The translations under genes and the position numbers were made by a program. Below the pieces are notes generated by a model. It was not told the DNA's origin, made no database searches, and worked only from the letters and a program-made list of their open reading frames with translations. Shown here piece by piece: positions 1 to 9,757 of a stretch of 59,053 nt of DNA. This DNA comes from Marmoricola sp. (GTDB taxonomy: Bacteria > Actinomycetota > Actinomycetes > Propionibacteriales > Nocardioidaceae): NCBI GenBank assembly GCA_035689885.1, contig DASSLA010000020.1:1-59053 (forward strand), written 5' to 3'. Position 1 is the first letter of the stretch, and every line of letters begins with the position of its first letter.

Positions 1-823
1 CGGTCGCCAGGCGCAGGAAGTCGGCACCGTCCAGGCTGATGGTCGCGTCGCGCTGCTGTCCCTGCGGCGGCTCGGTCTCGATGGTGCAGACCCCGTCGCG
101 GACGTGCACGGTGTAGCGGTCCGCCTCGCCGTCGGTGCGTCCGCCGACCCGGAAGCCCACGCACAGGTCGAGCTTCCCGGCCTTCTCGCGGTCGATGAAG
201 TCCGGGAAGCGTCGGAACACCTCCTCCAGCACGATCGGCCGGAAGCCGCCCTCCATCACCGCCCGCATGTGCTTGCCGCTGGAGGCTGCCACCGCGGTGG
301 CGACGTCCTCGGGGTCCAGCGTGGTCGGGTCGACGGCGGGCTGGTCGGTGCCGGGCAGGGTGAACACCGTGCCGACGGCCAGGGCGAGCTGCTCGTCGCC
401 CTCGATCCGCAGCCGCTCTGCGAGGTAGAGCAGCGCCGCATTGGCCTCCCCGGTGACCAGGCGCACGAAGTCGACCACGTCGGCTGAGATGGTCACGTCC
501 GGACTGGCGGCGTCGTCGAGGTGCACCTCTCCCCCGGCGAAGCACGCGGTGTGCTGCTCGACAACGCGCTTGCTGCGGGCCAGCCGGAACAGCACCGCAC
601 CCTTGATCGCCGCGAGCCTCTCGGTGTGCGCGAACTCGGCGAACCGGTGGAGGATCGCCCCCACCGCCTGGTCGTAGAAGTGCTCGAGCCCGATCAGCCC
701 CCGCAGCTCGTCGTCGCTGGCCTGCCGGATGACGTCGGTGATCTCCGCGACGTCGGAGGTGCAGAAGAACTCGTTGAGCTGGTCCGCCGACATGGCGGCG
801 AACCGGTCGATCACGTCGGACAC
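1..823 (-). CDS. Tandem SCP2 sterol/lipid-binding domain protein (3' end runs off window)
   Basis: Manually translated from GTG 823 (MSDVIDRFAAMS...); two SCP2-like segments (PDVTISADVVDFVRLVTGEANAALLYLAERLRIEGD; RDATISLDGADFLRLAT). Absent from ORF track because no stop within window. Confidence 0.75.
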   Translation of the reverse strand, partial: MSDVIDRFAAMSADQLNEFFCTSDVAEITDVIRQASDDELRGLIGLEHFYDQAVGAILHRFAEFAHTERLAAIKGAVLFRLARSKRVVEQHTACFAGGEVHLDDAASPDVTISADVVDFVRLVTGEANAALLYLAERLRIEGDEQLALAVGTVFTLPGTDQPAVDPTTLDPEDVATAVAASSGKHMRAVMEGGFRPIVLEEVFRRFPDFIDREKAGKLDLCVGFRVGGRTDGEADRYTVHVRDGVCTIETEPPQGQQRDATISLDGADFLRLAT

Positions 824-938
824 ATGGGCTCCAGTCGGGCGGGGGTTCGGGGACACCGTAGGGGGCCGGGTGGCGCGGGCGGCACCGACGCGGCGTACGC
901 CGACGTACCCAAATGTCCGTGGATGCTGTGCAGACGTC

Positions 939-1880
939 TCACCTCCGGGGCAGGTGCGTGCGCGGCGCCATCCGTGGTCCGCGGCGCGGGCGGCCCAGTC
1001 CGGCCAGCTCGACGAGGCGCTGCACCCGGTGACGGTGACCGGCCCACGGCTCGAGCAGCACGGCCAGCTCCTCGTCGTCGACCGGCACCCCCGTGAGCAC
1101 GTAGCCGATGTCGGCGGCGACGTGGTAGTCGCCGAAGCTCACCGCGTCGGGGTCACCCAGGGCACGGGAGCGCACCTCGGCGCTCGTCCAGACCCCGATG
1201 CCCGGCAGCGTGCGCAGCCGGCGGTCGAACTCCACCGGCCCGTGCGCGGCCGCCCGTTGCAGCGCCCCCGCGACGCGCGCGGCGTGCAGCACCGGACGTG
1301 AGCGGGCGCCGTCGACCGGCAGCCGGAGCCACTCCCAGGACGGGATCGTCCGCAGGGTCTCGGGAGCCGGTTGCAGCCACAGCCGCACCGGCGGGCCCTC
1401 CACCGAAGGAGGGCCCGGCGCCCTCTCGCCGAACCGGTGCACCAGGGTCCGGAATGCTCCGAACGCCTCCTGGCCGGTGACCTTCTGCTCGATGATCGCC
1501 GGCACCAGCGACTCCATCACCAGGTCCGTGGCGCCGATGCGCCAGTTCCGGTGGCGTCGCCACGCGTCGCGCAACTCCACCGGGGGCTCGAAGCCGGTGG
1601 GGTCGTCGTCCGCGCCGAGCATCCGGGGCAGTTGATCGAGGACCCACTCCGCGCCCGGGCCCCAAGCGTCCGCGCGCACCTCGGCGGCCGAGTCGTCCGG
1701 CTCGAGACGCAGCGTCACCGGCCCGTCGGGGGTGCGGATCCCGCGCCAGATCGCGCCGTCGAGCGTGGTGCGAAAGGTCGGGTCACCACGGCCGCGCCGG
1801 TGGGTGGAGAGGACCGTGCGGACCGGACACGGCCACGTCGGGCGCCACACCCGGGTGCGCGGGGTCGCGTGGCCGGACAT
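939..1880 (-). CDS. DNA-3-methyladenine glycosylase II (AlkA/HhH-GPD family)
   Basis: HhH motif LRTLPGIGVWT followed by GDPDAVSFGDYH; IIEQKVTG; start ATG 1880 is 6 nt after TACGCT -10-like box. Confidence 0.85.
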   Translation of the reverse strand: MSGHATPRTRVWRPTWPCPVRTVLSTHRRGRGDPTFRTTLDGAIWRGIRTPDGPVTLRLEPDDSAAEVRADAWGPGAEWVLDQLPRMLGADDDPTGFEPPVELRDAWRRHRNWRIGATDLVMESLVPAIIEQKVTGQEAFGAFRTLVHRFGERAPGPPSVEGPPVRLWLQPAPETLRTIPSWEWLRLPVDGARSRPVLHAARVAGALQRAAAHGPVEFDRRLRTLPGIGVWTSAEVRSRALGDPDAVSFGDYHVAADIGYVLTGVPVDDEELAVLLEPWAGHRHRVQRLVELAGLGRPRRGPRMAPRTHLPRR

Positions 1881-1916
1881 GCAGGCAGCGTATGTCGGAC
1901 CTGTCCCCCATCGATC

Positions 1917-1938
1917 TGTCGGTGCCGTCCACCACAAT
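1917..1938 (+). promoter_or_regulatory. RecA-NDp/PafBC-type DNA-damage promoter of ligB
   Basis: TGTCGG-N10-CACAAT, 7 nt upstream of GTG 1946; matches actinobacterial TGTCGG-N10-TANNNT consensus. Confidence 0.65.
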
Positions 1939-1945
1939 GGGCTCC

Positions 1946-3457
1946 GTGCTGCTCCTCCGTGTCGTCGAGGTCTCCGGCCAGGTCGCGTCCACCAGGTCAC
2001 GGCTGGCCAAGCGCGACCTGATCGCGGCACTGCTCACCGAGGTCGCCGACGCCGGTGACGACGAGATCGAGATCGCCGCCTCCTACCTGTCCGGCACGCT
2101 GCGCCAGCGCCGCACCGGTGTCGGCTGGCGCGGGCTCTCCTCGCTCCCCGATCCCGCGACCGAGCCGAGCGTCACGCTGACCGAGGCGGACGCCGAGCTC
2201 GAGGCGCTGAGCCGGCTCGCCGGCACCGGGTCGGCCACCGCGCGTCGCGAGCTGGTCAACGCCCTGTTCGGCCGGATGACCCCGGACGAGCAGTCGTTCC
2301 TGCGCGCGCTGGTTACCGGCAACGTGCGCCAGGGTGCGCTCGACTCCGTGATGCTGGACGCGATCGCCGCGGCTGCCGATCTCCCGGCGAAGACGGTGCG
2401 CCGTGCCGCGATGTTCAGCGCGCCGACCGGCCCGGTCGCCCGCGCCGCCCTCGGCGGCGGGGCCGGCGCGCTCGAGGAGTTCACCCTGGTGGTCGGTCGC
2501 CCGGTGCGGCCGATGCTCGCCGCGAGCGCCCCCGACATCCCGGCCGCGGCCGACAAGATCGGCGGCGCCTTCGCGGTGGACACCAAGCTCGACGGCATCC
2601 GGATCCAGGTGCACAAGCGCGGCAACGAGGTGTTGGTCTTCACCCGCAGCCTCGACGAGGTCTCCGTCCGGATGTCCGAAGTGGTCGCCCAGACCCTGGA
2701 GCTGCCGGCGCGGCACCTGATCCTCGACGGGGAGGCGCTCACCCTCGACGAGGCCGGCCGCCCGCGGCCGTTCCAGGAGACCGCGTCCACCACCGCCACC
2801 CACGCCGGCGCCACCGGCATCCGCCCGTTCTTCTTCGACCTGCTCCTGCACGAGGACGACTCGCTGCTCGAGACCCCCACCTCCGAGCGGCTGGCCCGGC
2901 TCGACGCGGTGGTGCCCGAGGCGATGCGCGTCTCGCGCACCCAGGACCCCGCGGACGCGCAGTCGTTCTTCGAGGCCGCGATCGAGGCGGGCCAGGAGGG
3001 TGTGGTGCTCAAGCGGCTGGACGCGCCGTACGACGCCGGGCGGCGCGGGTCGGGCTGGATCAAGGTGAAGCCCCGGCACACGCTCGACCTGGTCGTGCTC
3101 GCCGTCGAGTGGGGCAGCGGCCGCCGCCAGGGGTTCCTGTCCAACATCCACCTCGGCGCCCGCGACCCCGACTCCGAGGGCTTCGTGATGCTGGGCAAGA
3201 CCTTCAAGGGGATGACCGACGAGATGCTCGCCTGGCAGACCGAACGGTTCCTCGAGCTCGAGACCCGCCGCGAGGGCCACGTGGTGCACGTGCGTCCCGA
3301 GCAGGTCGTCGAGATCGCCTTCGACGGGGTGCAGCGCTCGACCCGCTACCCCGGCGGCGTCGCGCTGCGGTTCGCCCGGGTGCTGCGCTACCGCGACGAC
3401 AAGGCGGCCCACGAGGCCGACACCCTGGACGAGGTCGTCAGGGTCGCCGCGCGCTAG
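1946..3457 (+). CDS. ligB: ATP-dependent DNA ligase (LigB type)
   Basis: Motif I DTKLDGIRIQVH, LILDGE, FFDLL, QEGVVLK, YDAGRRGSGWIKVK, ALRFARVLRYRDDK; GTG 1946 chosen as leaderless start. Confidence 0.93.
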   Translation: MLLLRVVEVSGQVASTRSRLAKRDLIAALLTEVADAGDDEIEIAASYLSGTLRQRRTGVGWRGLSSLPDPATEPSVTLTEADAELEALSRLAGTGSATARRELVNALFGRMTPDEQSFLRALVTGNVRQGALDSVMLDAIAAAADLPAKTVRRAAMFSAPTGPVARAALGGGAGALEEFTLVVGRPVRPMLAASAPDIPAAADKIGGAFAVDTKLDGIRIQVHKRGNEVLVFTRSLDEVSVRMSEVVAQTLELPARHLILDGEALTLDEAGRPRPFQETASTTATHAGATGIRPFFFDLLLHEDDSLLETPTSERLARLDAVVPEAMRVSRTQDPADAQSFFEAAIEAGQEGVVLKRLDAPYDAGRRGSGWIKVKPRHTLDLVVLAVEWGSGRRQGFLSNIHLGARDPDSEGFVMLGKTFKGMTDEMLAWQTERFLELETRREGHVVHVRPEQVVEIAFDGVQRSTRYPGGVALRFARVLRYRDDKAAHEADTLDEVVRVAAR

Positions 3458-3519
3458 CCACCGCCCCTGTGACGAATAGCGCACACGTGTGTAACCCGGT
3501 GTTGCACTAGGATCTCGCC

Positions 3520-4197
3520 ATGGCCGAGACCCGCTCGACTACCCGCCAGCCCACCGCGGCTCGCCGGCGCGCCCGCGAGCGGGAGATCCTCCAGGCAACT
3601 CGCCGGCTGTTCGACGAGACGGGCGTGCGGGACGCGCAGATCGAGGACATCGCGCGCGCCGTCGGCGTCAACCGGGCAATCATCTACCGGCACTTCAGCG
3701 GCAAGGAGGAGCTGTTCGCGCTCACCCTGGTCAGTTACCTCGACGACCTCGAGGTGCGCCTCGCCGAGGCCGCCTCGCGGGGCGACGACTCGGCCGCCAA
3801 GCTGACCGCGGTCGTCGAGGAGTTCGTCGACTTCGGTCTCGAGCACCCTGCCTTCGTGGACTGCGCCCAGACCCTGATGCGTCGCCCCGGCCCCGAGCTG
3901 CTCGAGGAGATCAGCGAGGGCTCGCTCTTCCGCCTCGGCCGCGGCATCTCCGCCTGCCTCGCCCGCCTCAGCGAGGTCCTCGACGCCGGCACCGAGTCCG
4001 GTGCCTTCGCGCAGCACGACACCACCCTGCTCGCCAACCACATGTACGCCAGCGGCCTCGGCGCCCTCCAGCTCGCCCGCGTCGGCATGCTGGTCAAGGA
4101 GTCTGCCCCGGGCATCCCGGCGATCTCCCCCGTCTCGGGCGAGGACGTGAAGCGCTACCTGGTGGCCACGGCCCACGCGCTGGCCACGAGCAGCTGA
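3520..4197 (+). CDS. TetR/AcrR family transcriptional regulator
   Basis: N-terminal HTH IEDIARAVGVNRAIIYRHFSGKEELF; TAGGAT -10 six nt before ATG. Confidence 0.92.
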   Translation: MAETRSTTRQPTAARRRAREREILQATRRLFDETGVRDAQIEDIARAVGVNRAIIYRHFSGKEELFALTLVSYLDDLEVRLAEAASRGDDSAAKLTAVVEEFVDFGLEHPAFVDCAQTLMRRPGPELLEEISEGSLFRLGRGISACLARLSEVLDAGTESGAFAQHDTTLLANHMYASGLGALQLARVGMLVKESAPGIPAISPVSGEDVKRYLVATAHALATSS

Positions 4198-4228
4198 GGG
4201 TCGCCCTTTCGCCGGCCGCGCGGTCGGG

Positions 4229-4771
4229 CGTCCTGCGATCCGGTTCGCCATGCCCGGACGTCCTGCGATCCGGTCGCCCGAACCCCCCTGACGCAGGACG
4301 TCCCGCCGGTGTACGACGAGACCGCAGGACGCGAGGGCGGCGGCGCAGGGTGCATCCGCGTCAGCCGTGCCCCCACCGGCCAGCCCAGCGGCGTGCCCGA
4401 GAGGGAGGCACTTCGGCGTGGCCGGGTGCGCCGCCACACTCAGCTCGCGCCGCCGCCCACGGACTTCCTCCTTCTCGGGATCGGCGGCACCTGGCTGGCG
4501 CCCGACCCGACTCATGCGTTGTTGGAGCGTTCGCTCGAACCCGGGCTTTGATCAAACGCTCCAACAACCGGGAGCAGGGGTGGCTGACGCCCGGGCCGGC
4601 TGTTGCGCGCAGGGGCGCGGCAGCGGAGCGCTCAAACCTGTCGCTGGCGGCGCCACACGGGCCGGAGCGGTGGGGATCGTCGCTGCTGGCGTGGGCTGGG
4701 CCCAGCGCACACCCCGGCCCACCCAAGAGCGACCAGTCACAGGCAGGCCCGGAGCTGGCCGGCTCAACAGC
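4229..4771. repeat. Cluster of nested inverted repeats/REP-like hairpins between convergent genes
   Basis: CGTCCTGCG x2 then CGCAGGACG x2 (4229-4331); CCCGAGAGGGAGG/CCTCCTTCTCGGG (4396-4479); perfect 14-bp IR GTTGTTGGAGCGTT/AACGCTCCAACAAC (4518-4568); GGCTGTTG/CAACAGCC (4597-4771). Confidence 0.7.
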
Positions 4772-4792
4772 CAGCCAGCACCCGAGTGACGC

Positions 4793-6073
4793 CTACTTCT
4801 CCAGGATCGCGGTCACGCCCTGGCCGCCCGCCGCGCAGATGGAGATCAGGCCGCGGCCCGAGCCCTTCTCGTTGAGCAGCTTGGCCAGGTTGGCGATGAT
4901 GCGTCCGCCAGTCGCCGCGAAGGGGTGACCCGCGGCGAGCGAGGAGCCGTTGACGTTGAGCTTGGAGCGGTCGATCGAGCCCAGCGGGGCGTCGAGGCCG
5001 AGACGCTCCTTGCAGAACACCGGGTCCTCCCACGCCTTGAGCGTCGAGAGCACCTGCGAGGCGAAGGCCTCGTGGATCTCGTAGAAGTCGAAGTCCTGCA
5101 GGGTGAGGCCGTTGCGCTCGAGCATCCGTGGCACGGCGTACGCCGGGGCCATCAGGAGCCCCTCGCCACCGTGCACGAAGTCCACAGCGGCGGTCTCGTG
5201 GTCGACCAGCCAGGCCTGCACGTGGTGACCGCGCTCGCGGGCCCAGTCCTCCGAGGAGAGCAGCACGGTCGACGCCCCGTCGGTCAGCGGAGTGGAGTTG
5301 GCCGCGGTCATCGTGGCTGCCTCCCCCTTGCCGAAGACCGGCTTGAGCTTGGCCAGCTTCTCCAGCGACGAGTCGGCACGGAGGTTGGAGTCGCGGTCCA
5401 GCCCGTTGAACGGGGTGATCAGGTCGTCCTGGAAGCCCCGGTCGTACGACGCCGCGAGGTTGTGGTGCGAGGCCACGGCCAGCTCGTCCTGGGCCTCCCG
5501 GGTCACCTGCCACTCCAGCGCCGTCAGCGCGGCGTGCTCACCCATGGACAGGCCGGTGCGGGGCTCGCCGTTCTGCGGGATCTCGATGCCGAGGTCGGTG
5601 GGCCGGATGGCGCCGAGGGCCTTGAGCCGGCCGACGTTGTCCTTCTGCTGGTTGACCTTGATCAGCTTCTTGCGCAGCTTCTCCGAGATCGCGATCGGGG
5701 CGTCGGAGGTGGTGTCCGAGCCGCCCGCGATGCCGACGTCGATGGTGCCGAGCGCGATCTTGTTGGCCACGTGGATCGCCGCCTGCAGCCCGGTACCGCA
5801 CGCCTGCTGGATGTCGGCGGCCGGCGTCTCGGGCGCGAGCCTGGAGCCGAGCACGGCCTCGCGTGCGAGGTTGAAGTCACGGCTGTGCTTGAGCACGGCA
5901 CCGGCGACGAACTCGCCCACGCGCTCACGCTCGAGGCCGAACCGGGCCACGAGACCGTCGAGCGCGGCCGTCAGCATCTCCTGGTTCGACGCCGTGGCGT
6001 AGGCAGTGTTGGAACGGGCGAAGGGGATCCGGTTGCCGCCGAGAACGGCGACGCGGCGGGTCGATGACTGCAT
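4793..6073 (-). CDS. Acetyl-CoA C-acyltransferase (thiolase, FadA2-like)
   Basis: GGNRIPFARS, QQACGTG catalytic Cys, EIHEAFA, GSSLAAGHPFAATG, ICAAGGQG. Confidence 0.93.
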   Translation of the reverse strand: MQSSTRRVAVLGGNRIPFARSNTAYATASNQEMLTAALDGLVARFGLERERVGEFVAGAVLKHSRDFNLAREAVLGSRLAPETPAADIQQACGTGLQAAIHVANKIALGTIDVGIAGGSDTTSDAPIAISEKLRKKLIKVNQQKDNVGRLKALGAIRPTDLGIEIPQNGEPRTGLSMGEHAALTALEWQVTREAQDELAVASHHNLAASYDRGFQDDLITPFNGLDRDSNLRADSSLEKLAKLKPVFGKGEAATMTAANSTPLTDGASTVLLSSEDWARERGHHVQAWLVDHETAAVDFVHGGEGLLMAPAYAVPRMLERNGLTLQDFDFYEIHEAFASQVLSTLKAWEDPVFCKERLGLDAPLGSIDRSKLNVNGSSLAAGHPFAATGGRIIANLAKLLNEKGSGRGLISICAAGGQGVTAILEK

Positions 6074-6230
6074 GTCTGTGTCTGCTCCTCGGGTCGGGAT
6101 GCTGTCGCCATCCTCGCGGTACGTGAGGGGAAAATAAACGAGGTGAGTGCCACATCACCTTGGATGGACTCAGAGTTACACCCCTCGTTACATTCGTGGC
6201 GTACCCGCGAGTAGACACCTTGAGGACGAG

Positions 6231-7568
6231 ATGAGCGATCATTACCAGGCCTTCACCGACAGTCCCATCGGCAAGCTGCTGGTCAAGAACCTCGGCCTGC
6301 CCAACCCCACCCGCCTCGAGCGCTGGCACGAGGGTGCGCCGGTGGTCGACGGGACCGTCGTCGTCGGCGGCAAGGGCGCCCTGGGTGAGCAGCTCACGGC
6401 CGCGCTCGACCGGCTCCACGTGGCGCATGTGCAGACGCCGATCGAGGGCGAGCGCTACAAGGCGCTGGTGTTCGACGCCACGGGCATCACCGACTCCGCC
6501 GGCCTGGTCGCCCTCCAGGAGTTCTTCACCCCGCTGATGCGCAGCCTGCGCAGCTGCGCCCGCGTGGTCGTGCTCGGCACCGTCCCCGAGCAGGCCGCCG
6601 ACGGCTCCGCGCGGGTTGCCCAGCGTGCGCTCGAGGGCTTCACCCGGTCGCTGGGCAAGGAGATCGGCAACGGCAGCACCGTCAACCTGGTGTACGTCGC
6701 CCCCGGGGCCGAGACCACCATCGAGTCCACGCTCGCCTTCTTCCTGTCCCCCAAGAGCGCCTACGTCTCCGGCCAGGTGGTGCGGCTGGGTGCCTCCGGC
6801 ACCAAGGAGGCCCACCCGGTCGGTGACCAGGTCCGCCCGCTCGCCGGCAAGATCGCGATCGTCACCGGCGCCTCCCGCGGCATCGGCGAGCAGATCGCCC
6901 GCGTGCTGCACCGCGACGGCGCGACGGTGCTGGGCCTCGACGTCCCCCAGGCGGCCAGCGAGCTGCAGGCGGTGATGCGCGAGATCGACGGTGACCACCT
7001 CACCCTCGACATCACCGGCAAGGACGCGCCGCAGCGGATCGCCCAGCACGTCAGGGACAAGTACGGCCAGGTCCACGCCGTCGTGCACAACGCCGGGATC
7101 ACCCGCGACAAGAAGCTCGCCAACATGGCCGAGGACCGCTGGAGCTCGGTCATCGCCGTCAACCTGACCGCGCCCGAGCGGATCACACGCGAGCTGCTCG
7201 ACCAGGGCCTGATCGAGCCCAACGGCCGCATCGTGGGCGTCTCCTCGATCGCAGGCATCGCCGGCAACGTCGGCCAGACCAACTACGCCGCCTCCAAGGC
7301 CGGCGTGATCGGCCTGGTCGACAGCCTCGCCGACGAGCTCACCGACGGCATCACGGTCAACGCGGTCGCGCCGGGCTTCATCATCACCCAGATGACCGCG
7401 GCCGTTCCCTTCGCGACCCGCGAGGTCGGGCAGCGGATGAACGCCATGAGCCAGGGCGGCCTGCCGGTCGACGTCGCCGAGGCGATCGCGTGGTACCTCT
7501 CCCCCGGTTCCACCGCCGTCAACGGCAACGTGGTCCGGGTGTGCGGCCAGATGATGCTGGGCGCCTGA
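6231..7568 (+). CDS. High-MW 3-oxoacyl-ACP/CoA reductase (FabG4-like)
   Basis: N-terminal extension plus SDR TGASRGIG, HNAGITRD, YAASK, VRVCGQMMLGA; GAGG RBS before ATG 6231. Confidence 0.92.
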   Translation: MSDHYQAFTDSPIGKLLVKNLGLPNPTRLERWHEGAPVVDGTVVVGGKGALGEQLTAALDRLHVAHVQTPIEGERYKALVFDATGITDSAGLVALQEFFTPLMRSLRSCARVVVLGTVPEQAADGSARVAQRALEGFTRSLGKEIGNGSTVNLVYVAPGAETTIESTLAFFLSPKSAYVSGQVVRLGASGTKEAHPVGDQVRPLAGKIAIVTGASRGIGEQIARVLHRDGATVLGLDVPQAASELQAVMREIDGDHLTLDITGKDAPQRIAQHVRDKYGQVHAVVHNAGITRDKKLANMAEDRWSSVIAVNLTAPERITRELLDQGLIEPNGRIVGVSSIAGIAGNVGQTNYAASKAGVIGLVDSLADELTDGITVNAVAPGFIITQMTAAVPFATREVGQRMNAMSQGGLPVDVAEAIAWYLSPGSTAVNGNVVRVCGQMMLGA

Positions 7569-8452
7569 TGGAGCGCGTCGTCGAGGGCGAGCCCAGCGTG
7601 CTGCCGACCATGCTCAAGGCAGCGCTGCCGGTGCTGCCCGGCGTGAACCGCCTCCCGGGCGTGGCCAAGAAGGGCGGCGACCTCCCCGACCTGACGCTGC
7701 GCCGCGAGGGCGTGTCCGTCGACCGCGACCATGTGGCGGCGTACGCCGAGGTGTGCGGGTTCGACCCCAGCCAGACCCTGCCGTTCACCTACCCGCACAT
7801 GCTGGCCTTCCCGCTGCACATGGGGATCATGACCGACGGCTCGTTCCCGTTTCCCGCGATCGGCACGGTGCACCTGCGCAACACGATCACGCGGCGGCGC
7901 CCGATCGGGTTCACCGAGCGGCTCGACGTCACCGCCACCGCGCGGGACCTCCGGCCGCACGCCAAGGGACGTGTCTTCGACTTCGTCACCACGCTGAGCG
8001 CGGCGGACGAGGTCGTCTGGGAGTCGGTCTCGACCTACCTGCGTGTGGGCAGGGGCGACGACTCCGCCCGCGCCGAGGGTGAGCCGTTCGACGTGGTGCC
8101 CGGCACCGGCGTCGAGTGGCGGCTGCCCGCCTCGCTCGGCCGCCGCTACGCCTCGGTCTCCGGCGACCACAACCCGATCCACCTGCACCCGTTGAGCGCC
8201 AGGGCGTTCGGCTTCCCGCGCCACATCGCGCACGGCATGTGGAGCAAGGCGCGCTGCGTGGCAGCCTTCGCGACGCGGCTGCCGGAGGCCGCGACGGTGG
8301 AGGTCGAGTTCAAGAAGCCGATCTTCCTGCCGGGCAAGGTGGCGTTCGGCTCCCGCGTGGTCGAGACCCCGGCCGGTCCGGGGCTGGACTTCTCCCTGAC
8401 CCGACCCTCCGACGGGGCGCCACACCTGGTGGGACGCGCCCGCCCGGCCTGA
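7568..8452 (+). CDS. MaoC/double hot-dog 3-hydroxyacyl-thioester dehydratase (HtdX-like)
   Basis: Hydratase motif YASVSGDHNPIHLH...IAHGMWS; TGATG coupling to upstream gene. Confidence 0.88.
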   Translation: MERVVEGEPSVLPTMLKAALPVLPGVNRLPGVAKKGGDLPDLTLRREGVSVDRDHVAAYAEVCGFDPSQTLPFTYPHMLAFPLHMGIMTDGSFPFPAIGTVHLRNTITRRRPIGFTERLDVTATARDLRPHAKGRVFDFVTTLSAADEVVWESVSTYLRVGRGDDSARAEGEPFDVVPGTGVEWRLPASLGRRYASVSGDHNPIHLHPLSARAFGFPRHIAHGMWSKARCVAAFATRLPEAATVEVEFKKPIFLPGKVAFGSRVVETPAGPGLDFSLTRPSDGAPHLVGRARPA

Positions 8453-8473
8453 GTCGCGGGGCGGTCACCCCCC

Positions 8474-9757
8474 TCACCCCCGGACGGCTCCGTAGCGGAT
8501 GGTGGTCGTGCTGCCGCGCTGGTAGAACTTGCCGTTCGCGGGTCGCCAGACGCCCAGCTCGGTGATCCCGTCACCGTTCCAGTCCCCGGCGGCTGGGCGG
8601 TCACCTGCAGTTCCGTACCTGATCCTGGTCGTGCTGAAGCCTTGGCTGCTCGGGACGCGCAACGTCCAGTAGCCGGTGCGGTGGTTGAACACCGCGAGGT
8701 CGGTGACGCCGTCGCCGTTCCAGTCACCCGTGGCGGGCTCCTCCCCGTCGGCGCCGAGCCGGACGGAGGTCAGCGTGCGGTCGTCCGCACGCAGGTAGAA
8801 GGTGTGGGTGGACGGCCGGAAGAAGCCCAGGTTCGCTCGACCGTTCCCGTCCCAGTCGCCGGTGATCGGCACGTCCGTCTCGGCACCCACCCCGGTGACG
8901 GTGGCCCGAGCACCTGAGGCGCTTCGCAACCACCAGGTGCCGGAGCCGAGCTTCTTCACTCCGATCTGGGAGGACTTGTCCCCGTCGTAGTCCCCCGTGA
9001 CCGGCACGTCGCTCGGGAGCCCCCAGTTGACCCTCTGGTTGGTGGGTGCCGTGCGCAGGTAGAACCTGCCGGTCGTAGCGGCGTTGCGATAGACGCCCAC
9101 GTCGTCCCTGCCGTCCTTGTCCCAGTCACCGGTGACCGGGCGGTCGCCGCAGTTGGCCGACGCGACGGTGGAGCCGAACCTGAAGTAGCTGCGGTGGAAG
9201 TAGGGCTTGAGGTAGGCGCCGTTGAGTCGCTCCTCGAAGTGCAGGTGCGGTCCGGTGCTGTTCCCCGAGCTGCCCAGGTAGCCGACGAGCTCACCCTGGT
9301 CGAGCACCTGGCCGACCACCGCGGAGATCTTGTTCAGGTGGGCGTACAGGGTGGTGTAGCCGCGCCCGTGGTCGACGATCACGTATCGCCCGTAGCTCCC
9401 GGTGAGCGAGACCGCCCTGGTCACCACCCCTGGGGCGCTTGCCACCACAGGCTTGTTGAGGTCGCTGGGTGCGTTGAAGTCGATGGTGTTGTAGCTCGGC
9501 GAGTGCCCCGACCGCGTGGACCCCGTCCAGCGCTGACCGCACAGGAACGGCAGCTCGAAGTCGGGACCCACCGTGGGACTGACCGTGGTGGTGCGCGCGT
9601 AGGCCGGGCCCATCCGGCCGAAGCCGTGGCCACCGTCGCTCCTCGCCGACGCGGGTGCGGCTGCCACGCCTGCCAACGTCATGGCCACCGCTCCTGCGGT
9701 GGCCATGGTCACCCCGGACTTCCACGACGCCAGACCCCACATACCCCAACACCCCAT
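8474..9757 (-). CDS. Secreted M23 peptidase with FG-GAP/VCBS-like repeats
   Basis: Signal peptide (AAAPASA), HxxxxxxID, YAHL, STGPHLHFE; five GD(W/Y)xGDG-type repeats; start uncertain (9757/9742/9706). Confidence 0.85.
   Translation of the reverse strand: MGCWGMWGLASWKSGVTMATAGAVAMTLAGVAAAPASARSDGGHGFGRMGPAYARTTTVSPTVGPDFELPFLCGQRWTGSTRSGHSPSYNTIDFNAPSDLNKPVVASAPGVVTRAVSLTGSYGRYVIVDHGRGYTTLYAHLNKISAVVGQVLDQGELVGYLGSSGNSTGPHLHFEERLNGAYLKPYFHRSYFRFGSTVASANCGDRPVTGDWDKDGRDDVGVYRNAATTGRFYLRTAPTNQRVNWGLPSDVPVTGDYDGDKSSQIGVKKLGSGTWWLRSASGARATVTGVGAETDVPITGDWDGNGRANLGFFRPSTHTFYLRADDRTLTSVRLGADGEEPATGDWNGDGVTDLAVFNHRTGYWTLRVPSSQGFSTTRIRYGTAGDRPAAGDWNGDGITELGVWRPANGKFYQRGSTTTIRYGAVRG

Noticed and set aside
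4309-4928. Several ORFs in the tetR-thiolase gap
   Set aside because: No recognisable domain, Arg/Pro/Ala-rich low-complexity translations, overlapping palindromes.
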